A DNA stretch of 64,000 nucleotides from a candidate division WOR-3 bacterium (GCA_965648905.1 CBFGIT010000013.1:1-64000); one strand, 5' to 3'. Positions 48,501 through 58,810 are shown, counted from the first letter of the stretch. The notes: a model not told the origin generated them from the letters alone. Translations and numbers: made by a program.

Positions 48501-49532
48501 TTACGACGGACGGGTCGCGACTACCGGCTCGTTGAGGCTCGACGACGCGTCGAGCTTGACCGCCACGTCGGCCAGTCCCTGACAGAGTGCCTGGACCTGT
48601 CCATCCGACATCCCGCTCTCGCGGATTCTGGGCCAGACCGTCCTGGCCAGGGTCGCAGCCGAGTAAGCAACGCGCACGTTCACAAAACCTGCCTCCTCCA
48701 GCGCCTGCTTCATTGTCGCGGCAGTGAAGTGCTCCAGCTCGTAGAACGACGCGCCGACAATCAAACTCTGATGACGCTCAAGGAACTGCAGGCCGACCTC
48801 AGGGTTGGTCGACGGACTACGACCGATGCGCTCCATCAGGTCTCTGAGCTTGGTGAAGGCTTCCTTCATCTCGGGAGTGACGGCGAACTTGACCAGATAG
48901 CTGCGCTCCCAGGCCGGCCGGGAGTGCTTGATGACATAGTGATACCCGAGCGAGTCCGCGGTCTCGGTCAAGAGCACGTCTTCCTCGAACCCACGCTCCC
49001 TGCCCTCGTATGATTCAAACTCGATCCGGAACTTTCCGCCCGGCTTCATCACGCGGAAGACCTCACTCAACGCCTGCTGCGGGTCGGGTGTCTGCTCGAT
49101 CGAGCTGGCGGCAACCGCGCCGTCAAAGCTCCGGTCCGGGAAGTCAAGCTTGATGGCCGACATCTGTTTCACAATCACGTTCTTCAGACCCAGCCGCTCG
49201 GCATGGGCCTGAATCACCGCGCCCCGCTTCGGTGAAGGCTCAACGCCGGTCACCGACTTGAAGAGCGGTGCCAGCCGCAGCAGGGGCCAGCCGTCACCCG
49301 GTCCGATGTCGAGGATATCCTGAGCCACTCCCAGGTGCGCAGCAAAATCCCGAATCCGAGCCTCGTCGAGGAAGTGCTCCTCCTGGCGGTAGTCAGGCAC
49401 GACGTCAATGACCGGGAGTCTGCCCTCGCCCTGCCGCTCGAGGCGGTCATAGAGCTGTTCGGCGCTGGTCGACTCAATCGGGTTGGTTTCTTTGACAATC
49501 CAGGTTTCCAGGACGGTGTACTTCTTCGCCAT
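48501..49532 (-). CDS. Class I SAM-dependent methyltransferase
   Basis: ILDIGPGDG, VTGVEPS, LDFPDRSFD, EVFRVMKPGG. Confidence 0.85.
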   Translation of the reverse strand: MAKKYTVLETWIVKETNPIESTSAEQLYDRLERQGEGRLPVIDVVPDYRQEEHFLDEARIRDFAAHLGVAQDILDIGPGDGWPLLRLAPLFKSVTGVEPSPKRGAVIQAHAERLGLKNVIVKQMSAIKLDFPDRSFDGAVAASSIEQTPDPQQALSEVFRVMKPGGKFRIEFESYEGRERGFEEDVLLTETADSLGYHYVIKHSRPAWERSYLVKFAVTPEMKEAFTKLRDLMERIGRSPSTNPEVGLQFLERHQSLIVGASFYELEHFTAATMKQALEEAGFVNVRVAYSAATLARTVWPRIRESGMSDGQVQALCQGLADVAVKLDASSSLNEPVVATRPS

Positions 49533-49736
49533 ATTCGTCGAATCTTACCCGGTGCTGCTCCGAAGTCAAGGCAGCGAGCTGGCGGCTGCGGTAAGGCCGC
49601 TTCGCAGACCGACTTTTTCGGCCCCGCCGGCAGCGCGTCTGCCGTGCCCGGTCCAGGCCGGCTGCGCACCTGCATTCCGGCTCGCCGGGCCGCGGATTAC
49701 CTTGACTTTGCCCCGACTGCCGCTAACGTAAGTATC

Positions 49737-50639
49737 ATGATGGCCCTGATTCTTGCGTTTGGTGTGGTTTCAATCGACCCCAGCGCCGGAACGACCGGCT
49801 TTGATTTTCTCAGGATTCCGCCCGGCGCACGCGAGGCGGCAATGGGTGGCGCCGCCACCGCGGTTGCCGGCAGTCCGATGTCGTTCTGGTACAACCCCGG
49901 CCACGCGGTTGCCACCGGCAAATCGCGGGCCCAGGTAAGCTACCTCAACTACGTTGCCGGCATTCATCTCGGCGCCCTCGCCTACCACCAGGAACTATCA
50001 TCCCGACAGGGCATGGGTGCGGCAATCGTCTATCTCAACTCCGGTACGATGAAACGCACCAGCGAGAATGCCGAGGAACTCGGCACCTTCGGCGTCTCCT
50101 ATGCCGACCTGAACCTCAGCACCGCGCTCAACGTGATACCCGAACTGGACTTAGGTATCGGACTGCACGGGCTGTACGGCTCGATCGACAACTTCTTCAG
50201 CCTGGGGATTGCGGCCAGCGTGGGCGCGACCTACCGGCTGCCGGTCACCGGACTCTGTGCCGGCCTGGCAGTCCAGCATCTCGGCTACCAGGCAAAACCG
50301 TTTCAGGAAGACCGCGACCCGATGCCGCTTGACTTCGGCCTCGGGCTGGGGTTCGAACCCAACCCGGCGCTGACCCTCGCCCTGGACCTGCACAAGCCGA
50401 TTGACAACCGCATCAACGTCCGCGCCGGTATCGAAGGCCGGGTCGGCGACGTCCTCACCATCCGGGGCGGCTATTCTTCACTCGGACTCGACTGGCAGTC
50501 GGGCGGCGGCTCCGACATCCTTGCCGGCCTCACCACCGGGCTCGGGTTCCGCTGGCGGGACTATGTACTTGACTACTGCTTCATCCCGATGGTCGAGCTC
50601 GGTATGGCCCACCGGCTGTCGCTTGGCTTCTCCTTCTAG
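49737..50639 (+). CDS. PorV/PorQ-family outer-membrane beta-barrel
   Basis: FLRIPPGAREAAMGGA..A......WYNP, amphipathic strands, LTIRGGY, DYCF.P..ELG..HRLSL.F.F. Confidence 0.8.
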   Translation: MMALILAFGVVSIDPSAGTTGFDFLRIPPGAREAAMGGAATAVAGSPMSFWYNPGHAVATGKSRAQVSYLNYVAGIHLGALAYHQELSSRQGMGAAIVYLNSGTMKRTSENAEELGTFGVSYADLNLSTALNVIPELDLGIGLHGLYGSIDNFFSLGIAASVGATYRLPVTGLCAGLAVQHLGYQAKPFQEDRDPMPLDFGLGLGFEPNPALTLALDLHKPIDNRINVRAGIEGRVGDVLTIRGGYSSLGLDWQSGGGSDILAGLTTGLGFRWRDYVLDYCFIPMVELGMAHRLSLGFSF

Positions 50640-50666
50640 CCGGATGTTCGCTTCGCCCGGACCAGC

Positions 50667-51617
50667 ATGAAGAAACAGTTCATCAAAGACCTGAAACCCG
50701 GAACCCAGGTTGACGACGTCTTCTACTGCTCGCGCCGTGATGTCCGCGAGCGGCGCGACGGCGGCGCGTTCCTGATGCTTGAGTTTCGCGACAAGACCGG
50801 CTCGGTCAACGCCGTAATGTGGGACCGGGTCGAGGACGCACTGCAGTGTCTTGAAGCGGGCGGCTTCTATCGGGTCATGGGTAAGTTCGGCGAGTATCAG
50901 GGCAAGCCGCAGCTCACGGTCAACGTCATCTATCCGGTGGCAACCGGTGAAGTCACGCGCGATGACTTTGTCGCCGCCTCGCGCTTCAACCGCGACGAAA
51001 TGCTCGCCGAGCTGCGTGGCTTCATTGCCGGAGTCAAGAACGTCCATCTCCGTGCCCTGCTCGACTCGTTCTTTGACGACCCCAGGTTCGTCGAGCAGTT
51101 CTGCCTGGTTCCGGCCGGGGCTCGGGTTCACCACGCCTACCTTGGCGGCCTGCTCGAACACACCCTGATGATGTGCCGCGGTGCCCGGCTGCTGCCCGAG
51201 ATCTACCCCGAGGTTGACCACGACCTGCTGATGACCGGCATCATTCTCCACGACATCGGCAAGATCAAGGAGTACGTCTACGACATCGCCATCGACCACA
51301 CGCTCGACGGCCGACTCCTCGGACATCTGGTCATGGGCTGCCAGATGGTTGAGGAGAAGCTTGCCGGCCTGCCCGGCTTTCCTGATGAGCTCTCGCGCCT
51401 CATCCGCCACATCATCCTCTCCCACCACGGCGAGATGGAGTTCGGCTCACCCAAGACCCCCAAGTTCGTCGAGGCATTTGCCGTCTACTCGCTCGACTAC
51501 CTCGATTCGCGGGTCGCCATCTTCCGCGAAATGGTCGAGAAGAACCGCCACGTCAAGTGGACCGACTTCAACGACTACCTCGAGTCGAACGTCTACGTTC
51601 GCGGCCCGGTCGGCTAG
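50667..51617 (+). CDS. yhaM: OB-fold + HD-domain 3'-5' exoribonuclease (YhaM-like)
   Basis: L.FRDKTG.V.A.MW, PAG..VHHAY.GGLLEHT, LHDIGK, LLGH, ILSHHG..EFGSP..P. Confidence 0.85.
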   Translation: MKKQFIKDLKPGTQVDDVFYCSRRDVRERRDGGAFLMLEFRDKTGSVNAVMWDRVEDALQCLEAGGFYRVMGKFGEYQGKPQLTVNVIYPVATGEVTRDDFVAASRFNRDEMLAELRGFIAGVKNVHLRALLDSFFDDPRFVEQFCLVPAGARVHHAYLGGLLEHTLMMCRGARLLPEIYPEVDHDLLMTGIILHDIGKIKEYVYDIAIDHTLDGRLLGHLVMGCQMVEEKLAGLPGFPDELSRLIRHIILSHHGEMEFGSPKTPKFVEAFAVYSLDYLDSRVAIFREMVEKNRHVKWTDFNDYLESNVYVRGPVG

Positions 51618-51632
51618 CCGCTCTGCCACAGT

Positions 51633-52271
51633 TTGGACCCGTCCTTCGACCGCCTCGCGGCCGCCTGCGCTCAGCTCGGCGTCACGCTGACCGAAGACCA
51701 CTACCGGGCACTCTGCCGCTATGCCGCGCTGACCCGGGAGTACAACTCGCGCGTCAACCTCGTCTCCCGCCGCGACATCGACCGCATCATCACCTACCAT
51801 GTCGTTGACTCGCTGGCCGCGGCCCGGCTTATCCCGGACCAGACCCGCTGCTGCGACATCGGCACCGGTGCCGGTCTGCCCGGGATTCCGCTCGCGGTTG
51901 TCCGCTCTGACCTCAGGATGGTTCTTGTCGAGTCGATTCAGAAGAAGTGTCGGTTCCTGGTTCGTGCCGTCGAGGAACTCGGCCTGGGCCAGACCGAGGT
52001 GATATGCGGCCGGGCCGAATCGCTTGCCCCGCTCGGCTGCGCGGTCGTGCTCAGTCGGCTCACCGGGCCGACCCCGCGAACCCTTGCGGCGATTGCTCAT
52101 CACGCACAGTTGACCGGAATAGTCGTGCTCTACAAGAACCCGGCTGCAACTGACCCGCCGCCATCGCTGCTCGCCCGGCACGGACTGACGCTGGAGCGCC
52201 GGCTCGACCTCGTACTGCCCCTCAGCCCGGTTCCGCGCCGTCTGCTGCTCCTGCGCCGCATCGCTCAGTAA
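51633..52271 (+). CDS. rsmG: 16S rRNA m7G527 methyltransferase
   Basis: N..VNLVS, HVVDSL, DIGTGAGLPGIPLA, LVES..KK..FL, RAE. Confidence 0.92.
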   Translation: MDPSFDRLAAACAQLGVTLTEDHYRALCRYAALTREYNSRVNLVSRRDIDRIITYHVVDSLAAARLIPDQTRCCDIGTGAGLPGIPLAVVRSDLRMVLVESIQKKCRFLVRAVEELGLGQTEVICGRAESLAPLGCAVVLSRLTGPTPRTLAAIAHHAQLTGIVVLYKNPAATDPPPSLLARHGLTLERRLDLVLPLSPVPRRLLLLRRIAQ

Positions 52272-52278
52272 CGAAACT

Positions 52279-52310
52279 CCCGGCCCGAGACGCGGCCGGG
52301 GCAAAGAAAA
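52279..52310. terminator. Hairpin between convergent rsmG and 5S rRNA
   Basis: CCCGGCC-cgagacgc-GGCCGGG. Confidence 0.5.
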
Positions 52311-52428
52311 CCCGGCAGCGACCTACTCTCCCATGCCGTTACCAGCACAGTACCATCGGCCCTGGAGGGCTTAACGACTCTGTTCGGTATGGGAAGAGGT
52401 GTGGCCCCTCCGGTGTTACCGCCGGGAA
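52310..52428 (-). rRNA. rrf: 5S rRNA
   Basis: Reverse complement contains CCGAACAGAGTCGTTAAG, GATGGTACTG and GGGAGAGTAGG; terminal stem CCCGGCG/TGCCGGG. Confidence 0.96.
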
Positions 52429-52768
52429 TTAGTCAAACGTTTAAGGAGAAGAAGCAGACTGAAATCTCAAGCCGCACGGCTTATTAGTACCACTCGGCTT
52501 AACGCATTGCTGCGCTTCCACCTGTGGCCTATCGCCTGGTAGTCTACCAGGAGCCTTCAGCGTGTCCGCCCTTGCGGGCAGACACTGGGGAGACCTAATC
52601 TTGGGAGGGGCTTCCCGCTTAGATGCCTTCAGCGGTTATCCCGTCCGTACTTGTCTACCGAGCAATGCACTTGGCAGTACAGCTCGTACAACAGAGGTAC
52701 GTCCACCCAGGTCCTCTCGTACTATGGGCAGCTTCCCTCAAGTCTCCTGCGCCCACGATGGATAGAGT

Positions 52769-52801
<33 letters not shown>

Positions 52802-52845
52802 ACGTACCGCTTTAATGGGCGAACAGACCAACCCTTGGGACCTTA

Positions 52846-52897
<52 letters not shown>

Positions 52898-53112
52898 ATG
52901 TGAACTCTCGGGCGGAATCAGCCTGTTATCCCCAGAGTACCTTTTGTCCGATGAGCTATGGCCCTTCCACGCAGAGCCACAGGATCACTAGGTCCGACTT
53001 TCGTCCCTGCTCGAGCCGTCGCTCTCACAGTCAGGCCGGCTTATACCCTTACGCTCAACGCACAGTGACCGTCTGTGCTGAGCCGACCTTAGAACGCCTC
53101 CGTTACCATTTG

Positions 53113-53145
<33 letters not shown>

Positions 53146-53395
53146 CCACTGTCCATTCCCTGGATTACAGGAGAATGTTAGAACCTCAACAGAACAAGGG
53201 TGGTATTTCACCGTTGGCTCCGCCCGGACTAGCGTCCGGGCCTCAAAGCCTCCCACCTATCCTACACATGCCCTGCCAAAATCCAATGACAAGGTATAGT
53301 AAAGGTTCACGGGGTCTTTTTGTCCAATCGCGGGCAGGCGGCATCTTCACCGCCGCTACAGTTTCGCCGGGCTTCTTGTCAAGACAGCGCTCCAC

Positions 53396-53445
<50 letters not shown>

Positions 53446-54119
53446 CATTCGCTCCGGAGCTTTCACCCCGGAATGGACTCTAGCTTAAACCAGTCACGGC
53501 TCGCGACTGCCCCGGTTCATGGTCGCGGCAATCCGACGGATTCGGGACAAACCCTCCTCGGTCAGATGTGCCTGCTGAACCATCAACCGGACGACACGCG
53601 CGAACTTGCGGAACTCAACTGCCTTCCTGGACCGGAGCGGATGCCGTTCAAAGAACGGCACGACCACCCGGGCAAGACTCGTCAACTCCCTGACCCGCCA
53701 GCAGTAGCGGTCGTCGTGATTGCGGCGGACGACGCCGCAACCCATTGCCGACCGCAGCCGGTGGAGCAGGGCGATATCTCGTCGGTGCTGTACCACCGTC
53801 AGTTCCGGTAGTACTTGACAGCCCAGGCTCATTTTCGGCTGCCGGCTGATGCCGACATGAAAACAGCCTTCACCGTCAACAAACCCGACGATCCAGTCTG
53901 GGCTGAGTCCTCGGCTCTGCAACTGGCTCTCGACGTCTGGTCTCTGAGGGGTCATCTGGATTACTCCTTTCTGACTTCCCTGCGGATTGTCCCCGTGTGC
54001 GTGGCATTTTTACTGCCCCGGCCTGTCGAAGGCCAGGCGAGTAGCCACGCCTGTTGAGGAGTTTCCCGCATATAGTCGAAGTTGCCTCTGGCATTACTGC
54101 CAGAGCAGGCTAGCGATTA
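53446..54119 (-). mobile_element. Group I intron at 23S position 1931 (E. coli numbering), 674 nt
   Basis: Splits CCUAAGGU^AGCGAAA; 5' exon ends in U and intron ends in G; P1 GGUUA/UAGCC with U-G pair; P AUAUGCGGGAAAC, Q AAUCCGCAGG, R CUCAGAGACCA, S AAGCUAGAGUCC; P3 UUCGAC/GUCGAG. Confidence 0.95.
53494..53955 (-). CDS. Intron-encoded single-motif LAGLIDADG homing endonuclease
   Basis: WIVGFVDGEGCF, V.Q...D..LL..L....GCG.V, VPFFERHPL...K..EF.KF, HLT.EGL..I..I...MN; SD AAGGAG upstream. Confidence 0.93.
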   Translation of the reverse strand: MTPQRPDVESQLQSRGLSPDWIVGFVDGEGCFHVGISRQPKMSLGCQVLPELTVVQHRRDIALLHRLRSAMGCGVVRRNHDDRYCWRVRELTSLARVVVPFFERHPLRSRKAVEFRKFARVVRLMVQQAHLTEEGLSRIRRIAATMNRGSREP

Positions 54120-55570
54120 ACCTTAGGACCGTTAGAGTTACGGCCGCCGTTTACCGGGGCTTCGGTCGAGACCTTTGCCTTGCGGCTGAGCCCCTTCCTT
54201 AACCTTCCGGCACCGGGCAGGTGTCAGTCCCTATACGTCGCCTTCACGGCTTAGCAGAGACATGTGTTTTTGTTAAACAGTCGGTAGAGCCACTTCACTG
54301 CGGCCGGCTTAGAGCCGGCACCCCTTATCCCGAAGTTACGGGGCTAGATTGCCGAGTTCCTTAACAAGAGGTCACCCGAGCGCCTTTGGATATTCTCCTC
54401 GCCCACCAGTGTCGGTTTACGGTACGGTCACCCGGAAGTCTGGCATAGAGGTTTTTCTCGGCAGTCGGGCCGGCCCGGTTCCGCTCCCTTGCGAGAGCGT
54501 CCCATTCACTCCAAGGGTTTACGCGCGCGGATTTGCCTACGCGCCGCCCTCGAAGCTTAGACCCCGATCCAACACGGGGCCGGGCCTTTCCTTCTGCGTC
54601 ACCCCTTAGCTCGTAACGACTCCAAGGTGGTTCCGGAATGTTGACCGGATTGCCATCGCCTACGCTTTTCAGCCTCGGCTTAGGTACCGACTAACTCTGG
54701 GGGGATTAACCTTCCCCAGAAAACCTTGGGCTTTCGGCGAACAGGTTTCTCACCTGTTTTAACGCTACTCGTTCCGGCATACTCACTTCTGGTTCGTCCA
54801 GCGTGCTTCGCAACACGCCTTCGGCCTACAACAGAACGCTCCCCTACCACTCACGCTTGCGCGCGAGTCCGCGGCTTCGGCGGTATGCTTGATCCCCGTT
54901 ATATTTTCAGCGCAAGACCACTCGACTGGTGAGCTGTTACGCACTCTTTAAATGATTGCTGCTTCTAAGCCAACATCCCAGCTGTCTGAGTGACCTCACC
55001 TCTTTTTCAACTTAGCATACACTTCGGGGCCTTAGCCGGCGGTCTGGGTTATTCCCCTCTCGGCCCTGGACCTTAGAGCTCAGAGCCTCTTTCCATGGCT
55101 CTAGAGTTGCGGCATTCGGAGTTTGGTCGGGTTTTCTCCCACATTGTGGGAGAGCGCCCATCCAGTGCTCTACCTCCGCAACTGAACGCCACAGACTGCC
55201 CCTAAAGGCATTTCGGGGAGAACCAGCTATCACCCGGTTTGGTTAGCCTTTCACTCCGACCCACAGCTCATCCGAGACTATTGCAAGGGTCACCGGTTCG
55301 GTCCTCCCTTGAGTGTTACCTCAAGTTCAACCTGGCCATGGGTAGCTCACACGGGTTTCGGGTCCTGCGCATGCTACTGGTCGCCCTGTTAGGACTCGCT
55401 TTCGCTTCGGTTACGGCTCAGAGAGCCTTAGCCTTGCAACATACGCAGACTCGCCGGATCATTATGCAAAAGGCACGCGGTCATCAGAGTTGCCGAACCT
55501 TGCGGAAAGGCAATTCCGACTCCCGCTGATTGTAAGCACATGGTTTCAGGTTCTATTTCACTCCCCGCCA

Positions 55571-55617
<47 letters not shown>

Positions 55618-56169
55618 GTTGCTAGTGTTTAGCCTTGTGACGTGGTCGTCACCGATTCCCACAGGGTTTCTCGTTCCCCGTGGTACTTGGGATACGCTCC
55701 AGGAGAGTCGTCGCCTTCTGCCTACCGGACTGTCACCGTCTCTGGTACTCCTTTCCAGGTGGTTTCGACTAGGCAACGACCTTTCTGACTCCTCCACCGC
55801 ACGGCAGTAGGTGAGGAACGTCCCGCGACACCGCTCCAGCAACGCCTGCCGGCTTGACACTGGAATCGGTTTAGGCTCATCCCTGTTCGCTCGCCACTAC
55901 TGAGGGACTCGAGGTTTCTTTCTTCTCCTCCGGTTACTGAGATGTTTCACTTCGCCGGGTTCGCTTCCCGCGGCTATGGATTCACCACGGGATGTACGGA
56001 CATTACTCCGTACGGGTTGCCCCATTCGGGAATCGCCGGGTCAAAGCTTGTGTGCAGCTCTCCGACGCTTATCGCAGCTTACCACGCCCTTCATCGCCTG
56101 CAACTGCCAAGGCATTCACCATGCGCTCTTAGTAGCTTGAGATGAATATCAGCCTGCCTCTTCTCCAAA

Positions 56170-56275
56170 TTGTCAAAGAGCAAATTGTCTTGTAGGGATT
56201 GGCCTACGACTACAGTGTAGTCAACCTACGCGCAAAGTCAAGCTGGAATTATACTGACCCCGGCCCGAATGGCAA
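56170..56275 (-). promoter_or_regulatory. Tandem rRNA promoters and boxA antiterminator directly upstream of 23S
   Basis: P1 TTGCCA(56275)-16-TATAAT; P2 TTGACT(56241)-16-TACACT; boxA TGCTCTTTGACAA (56182-56170). Confidence 0.85.
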
Positions 56276-56432
56276 GCCCGGAAGCCAATTCGCCTCATGC
56301 GCGTAAGTCACTGCTCAAACTGAACTTCGGAACCGCCGCCGCCCGAGCCCTGGTCTGACATGACCAGGGGGTTCGAGCATTGCGCTTCGGCGCGGCTTGA
56401 CCCCGGCTGATGCGCCTCTATGCTTTCTGGCC

Positions 56433-57311
56433 ATGACCACCGACTCAGAGCCCGCGCTGCGCTGGCTCATCTACGCCCAGGACAACGACCGGTTCCCTTT
56501 TCGGCTGCTCATCGAACAGAAACCAGGGCACTTCCTTGCCTTCGACGTCCAGGACAAGTGGCCCGGCCCGGGTCGAAGCGTTTTCTGCATTGCCCGTCCC
56601 GGGATGGAAGAAGCTGACCTGCCCGGCGGCGTCGAACCGGTTGATGCCTGCTTTGTCAAGACTATCCAGACCTTTGGCCGCAAACTTACGGTCATTCTCG
56701 ACCGCAAGACCCGCAAACGCTCCTGGTTCATCTCAGTCGAGCGAGCGTCCAAAACCAAACCCGGCAAAGTCTACCAGCAGACCTTCTGGATTACTCAGTC
56801 ATCAGCATCAGCCCGCCGCGGCGGAGCCTACCTCTCAAGACGGGGCAAGGATTCCGACCTTGCGATTGTCCGTGACGCCCGCGAACGCTACGGCTACCGC
56901 TTTCCCGACCACCAGGTCGAAGAGATTGAACTTGAAGCCGGTGACTACGCGCTCAAGAACGAGCGGGGTGAAGTCATTGCCGCAGTCGAACGCAAGACCC
57001 GCGAACAGTTCCTTGCCGACATCGCCACCCTCGAAGTCATCAAAGCCCGCCTGCTCGAGATGGCCACCCGCTACCGCCACAGCGCAATGGTCATCGAGAC
57101 CGACTACGCCCGCCTGGTCGACCCGAAAAAGAGCCGGTTCTACTCAGCCGGCCTGGTGGCCGACGTCATTGCCGAGCTCCATGCCGGCTTCCCTTCGGTC
57201 CAGATTGTCTTCTGCTCCAACCGCAAGTTCGCCCGTGAATGGGTCGAACGCTACTTCACCCGCATCGCCCGGCTCGAACAGCCGCCTGAGACCACCGGCG
57301 ACCGACCCTGA
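56433..57311 (+). CDS. ERCC4-domain nuclease-like protein
   Basis: IVRDARERYGY.F, LEAGDYA.......AAVERKT (XPF/ERCC4 GDY...ERK motif), MVIE. Confidence 0.85.
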   Translation: MTTDSEPALRWLIYAQDNDRFPFRLLIEQKPGHFLAFDVQDKWPGPGRSVFCIARPGMEEADLPGGVEPVDACFVKTIQTFGRKLTVILDRKTRKRSWFISVERASKTKPGKVYQQTFWITQSSASARRGGAYLSRRGKDSDLAIVRDARERYGYRFPDHQVEEIELEAGDYALKNERGEVIAAVERKTREQFLADIATLEVIKARLLEMATRYRHSAMVIETDYARLVDPKKSRFYSAGLVADVIAELHAGFPSVQIVFCSNRKFAREWVERYFTRIARLEQPPETTGDRP

Positions 57312-57340
57312 CGTCGCACCTGTTTGGGAATCCGACAGGT

Positions 57341-57756
57341 AAGAACCAGACCTGCAACCGAACCTGAAACCTGGGCAAGCACCGAAACAACTGCCCGCTC
57401 AAACGCGCATTCACTCGCACCGATGACTGCTCAGCAATCCGGCCAATCTGCCGCTTCAGTCCGCGCTCACGGCTTGGCTGGCAGCATGGCTCAAGACACC
57501 ACTTGAGCCAGCGCCCGAACAAGCGCGTGCGGGATCACACGCGGTATCATGCGCGGCAAGACCAGGACCAGCACCCGCTTAGCCGCGCTTCCAATCGCGC
57601 ATTCAGATACCCCTTGGGGTACGGCCTCTCCCTGACCCAGGTGCTCTGTAACTCATCGCCAATGCGAGTCTTACGTCTTGGTAGCGGCTCAGACAAGCTC
57701 TACTGACAGCCTGCGGCCCAGGTCCAACTGCTAACACATTGACGAACAATGAGTTG
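57341..57756. repeat. Degenerate 12-bp periodic tract followed by two 25-bp dyads (57649-57673, 57732-57756)
   Basis: aagaaccagacc/tgcaaccgaacc/tgaaacctgggc/aagcaccgaaac ... gcgggatcacac/gcggtatcatgc/gcggcaagacca; TAACT-N15-TCTTA; TAAcacaTTGacgaaCAAtgagTTG. Confidence 0.5.
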
Positions 57757-58201
57757 CGCACGCATGCCGGCCTTAGGACCCTTGTTCAGGCATGTCTGGT
57801 AGGCGGTTCCCAAGAGCATTCCCATTGTTGCTGCGGTTGGGACGGCCAGTGTCCCTGTTCAGTTCGATCATCTCGGCAATCCAGAAGACATGCTGCGCGG
57901 GACGAGCGCAGTGCAACCTGGCGGCAATAGCCTGTGCATGGCGGCCGAAGCAAACCATCTGGTGCCAGCCGGCACGACCGCCATCACTTCAGGCGGCACG
58001 AACACCAGCACGACCACCGGCGCGTCGCAATGCACAACGACGAGCACTACTCAAAGCGCAGCGAGCAGCCTTGCAAACATGGACTCCAATTCCCGATTTG
58101 CAAGGATGACATTGACGCTCAATTCTCCCCGCTCGTCTCTTTCTCTCTTCCTTTTGCCCCAGGCTCTGTCACAGGAGACCTCGGACCTCATCCAACCTCC
58201 T

Positions 58202-58810
58202 CTACTTCCAGGTGACGACCAGGTCGCGGTCTGGATAGAAGCGCGAACGGGTGATGAAGTAGGTTGTCGTGGACTCGGTCCGCGCCATGCTGTCCGGCCT
58301 GAAACTGAGCTCAACGCCCTGGAACGAAGCTGGGACCGTGACGCGGAATTGAGCAAGGTCAATGGGCCGGCGCCACTTGCGGGTCGAGGTGACGATGTAG
58401 CGGGCTGAGTTCGTCTTCAGAGGCTGGCGATACCAGGCGAAGAAGGAGTCCTCGGCTCCGGGCTGAAACTTCATGCGGAAAGAGACGCCGGAGTCAGCCC
58501 GGGTGAACCGGTGTCCGGGAAGCTCGACAGAATCTGGATAGAGATGGGTCGAGTCAATCGGGAACGGGTAGAAGATACCGGCAACAAGCGGGCTCGGCGC
58601 GGTGCAGGTGAAGTGATACATGCCGCCTACGTCAAGGGTTCCAGGCCGCACGTGCAGGGCAACCTCCTCGCGGGCAAAGTGAATCGGCCCGGCTGGCTCG
58701 GGCTTGTTACAGCCAGTGGTTGGCAGAGAAACCAACAACCAGCAGGCGAGCAGAACGCTGCGCGTTGAGCGACGCGTGATGAGCGGAGCAGAAGAACTGA
58801 GACCGCGCAT
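58202..58810 (-). CDS. Hypothetical (lipo)protein
   Basis: Signal peptide ending TTGC; 'I.F..E...L', 'YPFP' and 'YIVTST..W..PI..A.F.V' motifs; ATG 8 nt after TTGACA-16-TATCTT. Confidence 0.65.
   Translation of the reverse strand: MRGLSSSAPLITRRSTRSVLLACWLLVSLPTTGCNKPEPAGPIHFAREEVALHVRPGTLDVGGMYHFTCTAPSPLVAGIFYPFPIDSTHLYPDSVELPGHRFTRADSGVSFRMKFQPGAEDSFFAWYRQPLKTNSARYIVTSTRKWRRPIDLAQFRVTVPASFQGVELSFRPDSMARTESTTTYFITRSRFYPDRDLVVTWK

Noticed and set aside
55480..55525. Intervening sequence in 23S helix 25
   Set aside because: Only a modest helix extension; the mature length of about 3.0 kb is within the normal range.
58052..58081. Selenocysteine or stop-codon recoding at the in-frame TGA
   Set aside because: The TGA falls within a signal peptide, no SECIS is evident, and TGA terminates several genes in this window (smpB, tpiA, rplU).
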